64,000 nt of DNA. Source: Polyangiaceae bacterium. Lineage in GTDB: Bacteria; Myxococcota_A; Polyangia; Polyangiales; Polyangiaceae. A program made the translations under genes and the position numbers. The DNA lies in assembly GCA_965222375.1 (NCBI GenBank), contig CBDCTZ010000016.1, positions 3,360,001 through 3,424,000 of the forward strand, read 5' to 3'. Under the pieces are notes generated by a model. The model had not been told where the DNA came from, did not search any database, and saw nothing but the letters and a program-made list of their open reading frames with translations. Numbering within the stretch: the first letter of the stretch is position 1; the number at the start of each line of letters is the position of its first letter. Below, piece by piece: positions 9,710 to 19,271 of this stretch.

Positions 9710-10687
9710 CTAGCGCGCCAAGAACTGAGCGGCTTCCGACGGCGTGTCCCGGGTGGCGCTCGTGGCTTTCTTCCACACGGCCAAATAGCCGTCGCTGATT
9801 TCAGCTCCGTCAAGCTCGCCTTGCTCTTTCAGCGCACGGTGAAGCGCTGGTAGGCGGTACTGGGGAACGAACTGATACAGATGATGCTCCAGATGGTAGC
9901 CGACGTTGTGGGGCGCAATGAGGGCACGCGCCCATAGCGGGGAGAGCGTCGTGCGAGTGTTTCGGAGCTCATCCTCGGGGTCATCGATGGCCGCGTGCTC
10001 GGCGATGCTGCGCAGTCGGAGCATCAGAGAAAACAGCGTCAACGACGGCAGCAGCCAAAGCAAGAAGTAGGCTTCCACCCGGCCCACGGCGGCAAAGACG
10101 GAGAGCAGTATCAAGTTCATCAGCACATAGCGGTACTGATTCGACAGCAACGTTTTCGTGAAGGCCCACACACTCTTGCCCTCCAGGCCCGAGCCCTTGA
10201 CTGAAAGGCCGCCGAAGGCCCGCGCCAACCCCACGTGGCGTTTCAGTCCGACAGAGCCGCTCAAGTCGCGCAGGACCTTGCGCAGCATGCTGCGCTTGGT
10301 GACCGGGAAACGGTTGGCCAAGGGCAAGTCCGGATCTTGGTCCGTCCAGGTGTGCTTGTGGTGAGCGAAATGAATGCTGCGATAGGCGGCGGTAGTCAGC
10401 ATCAGCGGCGCCGCGCAGAGCCAATCGCTCACCCGATCGTTCCACTTGCGGTTGGGGAGCAGCAGATAGTGAGCGGCTTCATGCATCAGAATGGCCAGGG
10501 CGTGCTGGCGGGTGCCGACCACGACGAACGCCACCAAGAAACTCAGGGGGCCGGGCGCGAGGACGTAAAAGGTCAGTGCGCCGGCGATCAGTCCGAGGCT
10601 GAGGCCAACGGACGCAAGGCCACGGATGGCGCTGACTTTCGAGAGTTCGCGCAGGGTTTCCTTGGGCAATCTCTGCGTCGCTTTCAC
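9710..10687 (-). CDS. Fatty acid desaturase family protein
   Basis: His boxes HEAAH, HFAHH, HLEHH; TM segments; GTG start overlaps the upstream stop. Confidence 0.9.
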   Translation of the reverse strand: MKATQRLPKETLRELSKVSAIRGLASVGLSLGLIAGALTFYVLAPGPLSFLVAFVVVGTRQHALAILMHEAAHYLLLPNRKWNDRVSDWLCAAPLMLTTAAYRSIHFAHHKHTWTDQDPDLPLANRFPVTKRSMLRKVLRDLSGSVGLKRHVGLARAFGGLSVKGSGLEGKSVWAFTKTLLSNQYRYVLMNLILLSVFAAVGRVEAYFLLWLLPSLTLFSLMLRLRSIAEHAAIDDPEDELRNTRTTLSPLWARALIAPHNVGYHLEHHLYQFVPQYRLPALHRALKEQGELDGAEISDGYLAVWKKATSATRDTPSEAAQFLAR

Positions 10688-11514
10688 TAGCAGGCCTCCT
10701 TTCGCGCCTGTCCCGACACGAGGCGCAGCTGTACGCCGCGGGAGCGCGCCAGTTCTTGCCACTTGCGCCGGCCCAGTTGGTCGTATTTCAGCATCGCGGT
10801 GGTCAGCTCTCGCCGCTCCCTGCCGACGCAGATTTCCTCTGGCAACAGTGGGTCCTGGCTCAGCGTACGGATGGCGTCGCCACCGCGCAGGAACGCCTCC
10901 ACCAGCGCTTCCTTCTGCGGCAACTTCGCCAGGCGGTCCGTGCTGCGAAGCAGCGCAGCATGGGCGCGGGCGGCGCGCTTTCGGATCTCACGCGCGTTCC
11001 AGGAATGTCGCATCAGCAAGTCGGTTGTCTTGTCGGAGAAGTGATCCACGACGAAGTGTTCCGCATCTGCATGGAGCCCCCGCACCGAAAGCTGGGCCTC
11101 GGCACCTGCTGCGCCTGCGGCAAGATTGTCCGGGCGTACCCACAGCGCAGGGAAGAGCTCGACGAAGCCTGCGCCGCGGAGCGCTTTGAGGGAGTGGGCG
11201 CGCGCAGAGCGACCCAGCTTCGGCAAGCTCACCGCCAAGAACGCCCCGGACCAAGGGCGCAGGCGCGCATCCCCCAGACGCCAGGTTTCGATCAGTTCGT
11301 GCTTGGGGTCGTCGGCGGCCGCGCGCCGATACAGCCCCCGCTCGTCGCTTTCGACCCGCCCTTCGGCTACTAGTCGCGTGAGCGCAACTCGCAACGCACT
11401 GTCCTTGAAGCCGAAGAGTGCGCCGATCTCGATCAGACCGCTCACCGGCGTCGCCGTCGGCGACACCCGCAGCAGATCGAGCAACATGCGTTTCGGAGTC
11501 AGCGCCTGCCGCAT
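10687..11514 (-). CDS. PaaX-family transcriptional regulator
   Basis: N-terminal wHTH LRVALTRLVAEG...RGLY; W..RPDNL; DPLLPEE. Confidence 0.85.
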   Translation of the reverse strand: MRQALTPKRMLLDLLRVSPTATPVSGLIEIGALFGFKDSALRVALTRLVAEGRVESDERGLYRRAAADDPKHELIETWRLGDARLRPWSGAFLAVSLPKLGRSARAHSLKALRGAGFVELFPALWVRPDNLAAGAAGAEAQLSVRGLHADAEHFVVDHFSDKTTDLLMRHSWNAREIRKRAARAHAALLRSTDRLAKLPQKEALVEAFLRGGDAIRTLSQDPLLPEEICVGRERRELTTAMLKYDQLGRRKWQELARSRGVQLRLVSGQARKEAC

Positions 11515-11518
11515 CTGG

Positions 11519-11564
11519 ATTTATTACATCAGAATGCAGCTATGATCAAAACTATGTAATAAAT
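11519..11564. promoter_or_regulatory. Inverted-repeat operator candidate ATTTATTACAT-N24-ATGTAATAAAT
   Basis: Perfect 11-bp AT-rich inverted repeat just upstream of the PaaX-like start. Confidence 0.7.
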
Positions 11565-11583
11565 AGGGCTTTTCCCGTTGAAA

Positions 11584-13089
11584 TCAGGGCAATTTGAGGC
11601 GTCCGGAGCCCAGCTGCCAGGCTTCGTCCGTGATCGCCTCGGCGAAACGGCGGTCGTGGCTGACCAAGACGACCGCGCCGGCGTACTCCGTCAGGGCCTG
11701 CTCCAAGCGCTCGATGGCCGGCAGATCGAAGTGGTTGAGGGGCTCATCGAGGATCAGCAGGTGCGCGCGCGTCGCCAGCGCACGTGCCAAGGCCAGCTTG
11801 CGCGCCTCTCCCGGCGACGGGCAGGGCGAACGCACGACCCTCGCGGGGTCGAGGCCGAGGCAGGCGGCCAAGGTCAGCCATTGTCCCCGCGCTGCGGCGT
11901 CCTCGCTCTGCAAACGAGCCGACAGCTCTCGGCGCTGCTGAAGGCTGAGTTCTTGCCGCAAATACAACATGCTTTCAGGCTGCCCAGCGTAGGCAGCGGC
12001 CAGTTTGCCAAGCAGCGTCGATTTGCCGCTGCCGTTGGCGCCCGTCACGTGGATGCGGCTTTGTCGTCCCACACTACAGCGCACGTCTCGCGCAAGCACG
12101 CTGCTGCCGGCCCGCAGCTGCGGCGAGTCCAAGTGGATCAAGACCCGCGAGCGAGCTTGCTCCCCCTGCAGCCGCACCGCGCCGCCTTTCGCCTTCTTCG
12201 CGGGTAGCGACGCAAGTTGTGACTGAACTTGCTCCAGCTGGCTACGCAGCGCGCCCGCGCGTCGCGAGGCCTGTGCCTCGGCTTTGGCGGCCCGAGCCTT
12301 GCCATTGACCGAGCGACCGTCCGAGTCCTTTGGGCTCTTCATGCGAGTGCGCGCGCTTCGTGCCGCCTGCGCTTCATTGGCCTGGCGTTGCTTGTCCTGG
12401 AGTTTGCGCGTCGCGCTCTCCTGCCGCTGCTGCACGTCACGCCGGGCCCGTGCTTGGGCGACTTGGTCCTGCTGCCAAATCTCCTGGGCTCGGCTCACCG
12501 AGCCCGGGAAAACCTCGGCTCGACCCGCGTCCAAACGCAAGGTCGCCGTCGTCAATTCGTCCAAGAATCCGCGGTCGTGAGCCACCACCAAGCCGATGCC
12601 GCCATAACCGCGCAGAGCCTGGAGCAACGTGTCGCGGGCTTCGATATCGAGGTGATTCGTAGGCTCGTCGAGCATCAAGATGTCCGGCTCCTGGGCGAGG
12701 GCCGCGGCGATTTGCCAACGCTTGCGCTCCCCGGGTGACAGGCTGGACCAACGCTCCAGATCCTCCGGGGTCAGCAACAGCCGCGCGCGCAGGCGGCGGC
12801 TCTCACCGTCCCAGGCTTCCGCGAAGCGCTCGACCGCCGGCTCGAGGGTGTCCACCACCTGCGGACACAGGCAGCGAGTGGCACCTGCACTGACCCGCAC
12901 GCAGCCGCTGCTGGGCTCGAGTTGGCCGCGTGCGAGCCCGAGCAGGGTGCTCTTGCCCGCGCCGTTTTCGCCAACCACTCCGGTCCACCCGGCTGTCAGT
13001 TCGAAACTCACCTCAGCGAGCAGTGTGCTCGCTGCGTCATATCCAAAATTCACCCGGTCCATCGCCAGGCGTGTGCCTTGCCGTACCAC
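11584..13089 (-). CDS. ABC-F family ATPase (ribosome-associated, possible antibiotic protection)
   Basis: Two NBDs (GENGAGKS, LSPGE, LDEPTNHLD; GANGSGKS, SPGE, LDEPLNHFD) with a helical linker and no TM domain. Confidence 0.9.
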   Translation of the reverse strand: MVRQGTRLAMDRVNFGYDAASTLLAEVSFELTAGWTGVVGENGAGKSTLLGLARGQLEPSSGCVRVSAGATRCLCPQVVDTLEPAVERFAEAWDGESRRLRARLLLTPEDLERWSSLSPGERKRWQIAAALAQEPDILMLDEPTNHLDIEARDTLLQALRGYGGIGLVVAHDRGFLDELTTATLRLDAGRAEVFPGSVSRAQEIWQQDQVAQARARRDVQQRQESATRKLQDKQRQANEAQAARSARTRMKSPKDSDGRSVNGKARAAKAEAQASRRAGALRSQLEQVQSQLASLPAKKAKGGAVRLQGEQARSRVLIHLDSPQLRAGSSVLARDVRCSVGRQSRIHVTGANGSGKSTLLGKLAAAYAGQPESMLYLRQELSLQQRRELSARLQSEDAAARGQWLTLAACLGLDPARVVRSPCPSPGEARKLALARALATRAHLLILDEPLNHFDLPAIERLEQALTEYAGAVVLVSHDRRFAEAITDEAWQLGSGRLKLP

Positions 13090-13176
13090 CTGTCCACCTC
13101 CTGAAGTGCTGAGTCCGTCGGGGTCGCCAGCAGCGACCAGCGCACGCGGCCGTGCCGCGGCGCGATGAGCGAAGAT

Positions 13177-13194
13177 TCAGCGAAGGTTGGTCAT
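13177..13194 (-). promoter_or_regulatory. Leader uORF MTNLR of a putative ABC-F translational attenuator
   Basis: ATG ACC AAC CTT CGC TGA, flanked by hairpins, upstream of a stem that pairs the SD; identical in copy 2. Confidence 0.65.
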
Positions 13195-13222
13195 GGTGCG
13201 ACTTCGCGAGAAGTCGAGGGCC

Positions 13223-13250
13223 AGTTTGACTCAGTTTGCGTGCGTGTCAA
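13223..13250 (-). promoter_or_regulatory. Putative sigma70-type promoter for ABC-F (TTGACA-N16-CAAACT)
   Basis: Consensus -35 box; both boxes conserved in copy 2 while the spacer varies. Confidence 0.55.
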
Positions 13251-13491
13251 CCGTGCTTGGGTTTCTTGGGTTTTGGGGAATGTGGCGGATCAGTCCGTCA
13301 TCGGAGGCTTCGCGCGGCGCGTCCGCTGGCCCTTCCGCTAGCTGACGCCACCGCATGGGCCACGCAGCACAATGTCACGACTCCCGGATGAGCATCGGGA
13401 GCTCGGTCCCGCACTAATCAATGGGCTCGAGTTGTCGAGGGATTGAAATCCCCATCCGCTCTATGTCCGAGAGCAGCTGGACGGGGTCACA

Positions 13492-13517
13492 GTAGTGTCC
13501 CATTGTAGTGTCCCATT
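13492..13517. repeat. Tandem 13-bp direct repeat GTAGTGTCCCATT x2
   Basis: Exact duplication in intergenic DNA. Confidence 0.85.
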
Positions 13518-13856
13518 AGGTGGACGCCAGGTGGAAGCCTGTCCTGCGCCATCTGCTTTATGATCGCGACGGTCGGGTTGGCAGTCGAGGGCTGGAGGCC
13601 GAGAAAGCCGAGACCTGGACCCCCAAGTTCCGGGAACGGGGCTGAGAGACTTCGAGCCGCCGAAGGCCGCGTGTACTGCCTCGCAGCTGATTTGGCGTCC
13701 GGCGGCCGCCACCCGCGAGGGCCCGCGTTTCGCGTCCTGTCGCGGGTGGCGCAAAAAAGAGGAAACTAGGGGGCTGGCGTGCCGATGGGTGGGAAAAAGC
13801 GTGGCAAGCGTCGTCGCCAGCGCTGCCCAATGACGTAGAATCGAGGCGCCGATTTC

Positions 13857-15206
13857 ATGAACACAACTCCCGCACCAGAAGCCGGCGACGAGCGCAGCGT
13901 GCCGGACTCCCTCGTGGAAAACCCACTGGCGGGCACGAAATACACGGCGATCTCACTGATTGGTCGCGGTGGGATGGGGGAAGTGTACTTGGCAGACCAC
14001 GACGAACTGGGCAAGCGCTTCGTGGTCAAGCTGCTGCACGCCGAGATGAGCGCTGACCCGCGCTTGGTGGATCGCGTGCGAGTCGAGGCGCAGGCCCTCG
14101 CCAAGTTGCGGCATCCTTGCATCGTCGACGTGATCGACTTTGGCACTACTCCATCCAAGCGCCCGTACCTGGTCATGGAGCGCCTGACGGGGGTCACCCT
14201 TTGGGACGAGCTACGGCAGCGGGGAGCCTTCACCCCGGGCGACGCAGTTCGTGTCGTACGGCAGCTGCTGTCCGCCCTGGTGGCGACGCACGCGGTGGGG
14301 ATCATACACCGGGACGTGAAGCTCTCGAATCTATTCGTGCACCAGCGCGCGGACAACGATCCCGTGCTGAAGGTGCTGGATTTCGGGTTGGCGAAAGTCA
14401 TGGATGCTTCCGTCGTCGGCACGCCTGCCCCGTTGCTCTATCCAACGGAGGAAGGGGTGGTCGTGGGCACCCCGCGCTATCTCGCCCCGGAGGCCTGGGC
14501 CGGTAAGGGCGTGGATCACCGCGCCGACATCTACGCAACCGGCGTGGTGCTCTATCATCTTCTTGCGGGCCGTGGACCCTGGGACGATGTGCGCCAATCT
14601 GGGAAGCTATTGCAGGCGCAGATGAAAGCGCAGTTCGAGCCCCCGTCCGCGTATGCACCGGGCCCGGTTTCGGTGGAGCTCGACCTGATTGTGAAGCGCG
14701 CGCTGAGTTCGAACCTGGAAGAACGGTTTCAGACCGCGAGGTCGTTCGACGAGGCGCTGGCGATCACACAGGCCGCTGCGGCGAGCCCGATAGGCTGGAT
14801 GCACACCACGATGCTTCGCGAGCTTCCTCCAAAATCCGTTTCCCAGGCAGCGGATGGTTCGATGGAACGGCTGTCGGGCGACACGGAGCGCGACATCCCG
14901 CCAACGGAGGAGGTCGGGGCGAGGCCGGCGCGCAGCAGCAACGCGACCGAGGAGCTGCCGTCGGATCTGCAGCTGGCCGCGGTGCGTCCAGACTCCGCGT
15001 CCACGCACCCAGAACGCGCGCCCACGCGCACTGCGCTTCGCATCCAAGCGCCCATGGAGCTTGTGCCCCACGAAGCGGAGACTTTGGCGTCGGCAGACGC
15101 CCCACCCGGTCGCCATCTCTTGGTTGTCGTCGGCATCACGGCCGGCGCGGCCGCGGCCATCGGCGTGGCGTGCTGGGCGCTGCTTTCTTGGTTCGGAGGG
15201 CCGTGA
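13857..15206 (+). CDS. Ser/Thr protein kinase with C-terminal TM helix
   Basis: GRGGMGEVY, VVK, HRDVKLSN, DFG, GTPRYLAPE. Confidence 0.93.
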   Translation: MNTTPAPEAGDERSVPDSLVENPLAGTKYTAISLIGRGGMGEVYLADHDELGKRFVVKLLHAEMSADPRLVDRVRVEAQALAKLRHPCIVDVIDFGTTPSKRPYLVMERLTGVTLWDELRQRGAFTPGDAVRVVRQLLSALVATHAVGIIHRDVKLSNLFVHQRADNDPVLKVLDFGLAKVMDASVVGTPAPLLYPTEEGVVVGTPRYLAPEAWAGKGVDHRADIYATGVVLYHLLAGRGPWDDVRQSGKLLQAQMKAQFEPPSAYAPGPVSVELDLIVKRALSSNLEERFQTARSFDEALAITQAAAASPIGWMHTTMLRELPPKSVSQAADGSMERLSGDTERDIPPTEEVGARPARSSNATEELPSDLQLAAVRPDSASTHPERAPTRTALRIQAPMELVPHEAETLASADAPPGRHLLVVVGITAGAAAAIGVACWALLSWFGGP

Positions 15207-15330
15207 TGGGCCGGCTCTGCTCGAAATCCGCGCACTTCCCGCGCCTGTTCGACACTCTGGCGGCGCTCTCGTACGCTTCCACCTCACCCTGCCCACGACG
15301 AGGTCGGGCGCGGGATCATCGGGAGGAGTC

Positions 15331-17280
15331 GTGAATCGTACGCTTCGGCTGATTGAGGGCAACCCCGGCGCGGGCCGAGACGCCCCGTCCGAGCAGCGCG
15401 CCCCGGCCGCTCCGGTCACGCCGCGGCCGGTCTCGGCGCAGTCGGTCTCACCGTCTGGGGTGGACGGCGATCCTCTAGGTTCCAACACGATCCCTGACTT
15501 CAAGCCAGGTGAGCGTCCGCTGGCCTTCGGAACGATCGTCGACCAATACCGAATCGAACGATTGCTCGCCACCGGGGGCACGTCCCGCGTGTACCGCGCA
15601 ACGCACCATTTCATGGGCCACGTGGTCGCGCTCAAGATTTTGAATGAGAGCTACGCGCGCCGCCCCGACATCGTCGAGCGATTCAAGAAGGAGGCACAAG
15701 CGCTCAAGCAAATGCATCACGAGAACATCGTGGATATCGACAATGCCGGCTTGACCGAGGGTGGCAAGCCATACATCGCGATGGAATTCATCGAAGGCGG
15801 ATCCCTGCGGGATCGACTGGACCGCGGCCCACGCCTGTCCCTCATGGAGGCGCTCAACATCCTGATCGCCGTGACCGATGGCGCCGAGGCCGCGCACCGG
15901 GTGGGCATCGTTCACCGCGATCTGAAGCCAGACAACATCCTCTGCAGCGAGGACGGCCGGGTGAAGATCGTGGATTTCGGCCTGGCGCGCTTCGCCGACG
16001 CCAAGCGCACCGACGCTAAGGGTGTCTTCGGGACGGCTGCCTACATCGCACCTGAGCGTCTCAACGGCTTGCCCGGAGACGTTCGCTCGGACATCTATTC
16101 GCTAGGGCTGGTCGCCTACGAGCTCGTTGCTGGGAAGAACCCCATGCTCGGCAGTCGGGGGCGCCCAAGCCAGGAGGAGGCTGCCGCAAACCAACTTAGC
16201 TTCACTCCACCCTGGCTTTGGAACGTGCCTGAGGAGCTTGCGAAGGCGGTTGCGAGAGCGATCGACAAGAAGCCATCACGCCGATTCGGATCGATGGCGG
16301 ACCTCGGAGAAGCGTTCCGCGTGGTGCGCACCGGCTTGTTGCAGGCAGAAGAAGCGGCGGAGCAGGCAAGGGCGGTGGTCGCAGCGGACGATGCTCGCGC
16401 GACTGCGCCAAACCAAACGGTCGATCTCCCCATCGCGGCGGAGCCGAAGCGTGCGGGCGATTCGCCCAGGAACACGAAGGCACGGCTCCAGTCAGTCCTC
16501 GACGACGTGTTGCGAGGTTCTTTGCGGATCCCATTGATCGTTGGAGCCGTGGTCGGTGTCACTGTGGCCACAATGGTGTACATGTACCAGCGCTCACACC
16601 AGCGCGCCGCGTCGACGGCAACCGAGCAGGCTGCGCCGTCCGCCGCCACGGCAACCGCGGCCTCCGGGGCTGCTTTGGCCGGAGTGAGGGGACGGGGCAC
16701 GGCTGTGCCAGAGCCCGCACGGACTCCACGCCCGACGGCAGCGCCCATCCCCGAGCCCGCAGAACCTACCTCCAAATCCAACCCGACGAGCCCGCCACCG
16801 GGCACCCCGCAAGGCATCGCGTCGACCCAACCGCGCTCGAAAGCCGCCGGGCCGGCGCTCGCCCCCGCTCCCGCAGCAAAGAAAACCGCCACGTCGAAAC
16901 CCATCGCGCCACCGTTCCCCGCGACAGCGCCGACGCCACCCCGCACACCCCAGAGACGAAGTCCAACTCCAAAGCCGGCTACCCTCGACATCAACAAGAT
17001 CCCATCCGGCCTTGCGGCAGACGACTCGCGCGCCGAGCCACTGCCCGTGGCACCCCGCGCAATCCAGCCGCCACCACCCATGAATCCCGGCGCAACCCAG
17101 CCGCCAGCCGTGGGTCCCGGCGCAACCCAGCCGCCACCACCCGATCCTCCCTCATCTCCGCCCCGGTCGATCCAGCCAATTTCCCCGCAACTACCCAGGG
17201 AAGCAGTCGATTCCTTGCCGAATAGCACCGAGTCGGTCTTGGATCCCGATCGGCGCAACCACGGATCACGGTATGACTGA
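15331..17280 (+). CDS. Ser/Thr protein kinase with TM helix and Pro-rich extracytoplasmic tail
   Basis: ATGGTSRVY, VALK, HRDLKPDN, DFG, GTAAYIAPE; GTG at 15331 follows GGAGG. Confidence 0.9.
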   Translation: MNRTLRLIEGNPGAGRDAPSEQRAPAAPVTPRPVSAQSVSPSGVDGDPLGSNTIPDFKPGERPLAFGTIVDQYRIERLLATGGTSRVYRATHHFMGHVVALKILNESYARRPDIVERFKKEAQALKQMHHENIVDIDNAGLTEGGKPYIAMEFIEGGSLRDRLDRGPRLSLMEALNILIAVTDGAEAAHRVGIVHRDLKPDNILCSEDGRVKIVDFGLARFADAKRTDAKGVFGTAAYIAPERLNGLPGDVRSDIYSLGLVAYELVAGKNPMLGSRGRPSQEEAAANQLSFTPPWLWNVPEELAKAVARAIDKKPSRRFGSMADLGEAFRVVRTGLLQAEEAAEQARAVVAADDARATAPNQTVDLPIAAEPKRAGDSPRNTKARLQSVLDDVLRGSLRIPLIVGAVVGVTVATMVYMYQRSHQRAASTATEQAAPSAATATAASGAALAGVRGRGTAVPEPARTPRPTAAPIPEPAEPTSKSNPTSPPPGTPQGIASTQPRSKAAGPALAPAPAAKKTATSKPIAPPFPATAPTPPRTPQRRSPTPKPATLDINKIPSGLAADDSRAEPLPVAPRAIQPPPPMNPGATQPPAVGPGATQPPPPDPPSSPPRSIQPISPQLPREAVDSLPNSTESVLDPDRRNHGSRYD

Positions 17281-18190
17281 GGAGCACTCACAAGAGCGTT
17301 TGAAAGCCCGCGCGGTGGACCGCCGCGCCGTGAGCCAAGTGGATCTCGAGACGCCCACCGGCGTGGACAGCGCAGCGCCCACGGACGTCGCCCCGGACGT
17401 CGCAACGGCGGTCGACGCTGCGGCCAAGACGCGTGTGGATTCGGACGCAGCGACCGCCTTGAATCTCGAAGCCCCCACCGCCGTTGACGACGCCGCCGCG
17501 ACGCGAGTCGACCCGAAGGCAGGGAGTACGAGCACGACGACGCGGTCGGATGAGCCAAGCCCGACGCAGGAAGAGCCCCCCGACGACACCCAAACCCTCG
17601 AACTTCGGGTGGACAAGCGCCCGAGCGCGATGCGCCTGGGCAAGATGCGGATGCCCGACCGGGCACTCCTCGGCCAACCGATCAAAGACTCGAACGCAAA
17701 GCCGAGCCACATGCGGTTCGCGGAGCTGAGCGCGGACAAGATCCGAGCTGCAGCAGAGCGAGCAGGCTACATCCCAGAGCGCAAGCCCGGGCGGAAGTGG
17801 CTGGTGGCCCTCGCCGCGTGCGCGCTGGCGGCCCTCGTCGCCACGCTGGTGTTCAGGGCCATGCCGAGCGCTCAGACGACGTCTAGCGAGACAGCGACGG
17901 CGACGGTGACAGCGACAACGACAACGCAGTCCACGCCCGCTACCCCTGCGCAGTCCGTGAAAGGTGAGGAGTCGAGCGTCGCGAAGACTGCGCCGAGCGT
18001 CGCGAAGACTGCGAGCGTCGCGAAGACCGCGCCGAGCGTCACGAAGGCTGAGCCGCCGCGATCAACCAAACCACTTGCCGCGCCGCGCCCTGCTCCGAAG
18101 GCGGCGCCAGCCAGCAAACCGAAGCCGAGCCCGGAGGCGCCGAGTGTGGCGGGGCCGGGCTTCGTGCCGCCGCATGAGACCGAGTTCTAG
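17273..18190 (+). CDS. Single-pass membrane protein with cytoplasmic 8-aa Thr repeats and a low-complexity tail
   Basis: Overlaps the kinase stop; 7 x 24-nt repeats at 17342-17512; TM WLVALAACALAALVATLVF; SVAKTAP repeats at 17975-18049. Confidence 0.75.
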   Translation: MTEEHSQERLKARAVDRRAVSQVDLETPTGVDSAAPTDVAPDVATAVDAAAKTRVDSDAATALNLEAPTAVDDAAATRVDPKAGSTSTTTRSDEPSPTQEEPPDDTQTLELRVDKRPSAMRLGKMRMPDRALLGQPIKDSNAKPSHMRFAELSADKIRAAAERAGYIPERKPGRKWLVALAACALAALVATLVFRAMPSAQTTSSETATATVTATTTTQSTPATPAQSVKGEESSVAKTAPSVAKTASVAKTAPSVTKAEPPRSTKPLAAPRPAPKAAPASKPKPSPEAPSVAGPGFVPPHETEF

Positions 18191-19249
18191 ATGTCGAAAT
18201 GCCACCGATTCTTGCTGCTTGCTCTGGCCCTCGCGTTCGCACCGACGCTGAGCAGTTCGCCCGCGTCGGCGACCGGAGCGGACACTGCGGAAACGAAAGA
18301 GGCGCGGGACCTGATGAACAAGGGAAACACGTTCTTCAGGAAGGGCGATTGGCCCAGGGCTCACGCGGCCTACTCAGCGGCGTGGGCTTTGAAGAAGCAC
18401 TTCTCAATTGCGGCCAACCTTGCAGATGTTGAGCTGAGGCTGGGCAAGCATCGTGAAGCAGCGGAGCACCTAACGTACTACCTGGCGAACTTGCCTCCCG
18501 GGCGCAAGGAGCGAAAAGCGGCGGAAAAGAAACTCCTCGACGCGAAGTCGCACATTTCAGCCGTGGCGGTCTCGGTCAACGTCGAGGAGGCAGAGATCTT
18601 CGTCGACGGAAAACCCGTTGGCGGTGCGCCGCTGGCGAGTGAGATTCTTCTAGACCCGGGAGAGCATCGCTTCGAGGCGCGCCTCAAGGGTTACACGACT
18701 GCAGCCGACTCGATCGCGACGATTGCCGGAAAAACCCATTCCGTCGCACTGGTGCTGGAACGCGAGAACGAGGCACCCGCGGTTGGCTCGGGGCTGGGTG
18801 GCAGCAACGGGATGGGCGCCGTGGCGGGAGGGGCATCGGGCGACGGCAAGGGCCGCCCCGTACCAACCCAGAGCCCAAGTCTGGTTCCCGTGTACGTGGC
18901 AGGCGGCGTCGCTGCCGTTGGGATAGCCGCTACGATTGTTTTTGAGCTGTCGCGCAGCTCGCAAGCCGATGATGCAGCTCAGCTGGCTGACAGGCTCGGG
19001 CCGGGTGGCTGTGCAAGTGGCAGTCCGAATGCGGCTGATTGCAGCAAGCTGCACGACGCAAACGTCGCGACGAACCGAAGCGCCGATCGGCGGAACGTGT
19101 CTTTGGGCGTGGTCGGCGCAGCAGTCGTCTTTGGCGTCGGGTATTTGCTCTGGCCGCGGAGCGCTGAGAAATCGAACTCGACAGCGTTGACGGTTGTGCC
19201 GGTTGTTGCGGAGACACGCGGTGGGCTGAGTCTGTCAGGGAGCTTTTGA
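18191..19249 (+). CDS. TPR + PEGA domain secreted/membrane protein
   Basis: Signal peptide, TPR helices, AEIFVDGKPVG...DPGEHRFEARLKGY, C-terminal GGLSLSGSF. Confidence 0.85.
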   Translation: MSKCHRFLLLALALAFAPTLSSSPASATGADTAETKEARDLMNKGNTFFRKGDWPRAHAAYSAAWALKKHFSIAANLADVELRLGKHREAAEHLTYYLANLPPGRKERKAAEKKLLDAKSHISAVAVSVNVEEAEIFVDGKPVGGAPLASEILLDPGEHRFEARLKGYTTAADSIATIAGKTHSVALVLERENEAPAVGSGLGGSNGMGAVAGGASGDGKGRPVPTQSPSLVPVYVAGGVAAVGIAATIVFELSRSSQADDAAQLADRLGPGGCASGSPNAADCSKLHDANVATNRSADRRNVSLGVVGAAVVFGVGYLLWPRSAEKSNSTALTVVPVVAETRGGLSLSGSF

Positions 19250-19271
19250 TGGTTGCGACGAGCCGCAGGGA

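Larger units (their letters stand above)
13059..13318. repeat. ~260-bp direct repeat, copy 1 (ABC-F promoter, leader and first 10 codons)
   Basis: Aligns along its length with 23724-23979, with scattered substitutions and small indels. Confidence 0.93.

Noticed and set aside
13700..13760. Intrinsic terminator
   Set aside because: The hairpin is followed by an A-run on + and preceded by the U-run on -, which is the wrong polarity
14854..15330. N-terminal extension of the second kinase in the ORF track
   Set aside because: Overlaps the first kinase; a better start is GTG 15331 with an SD
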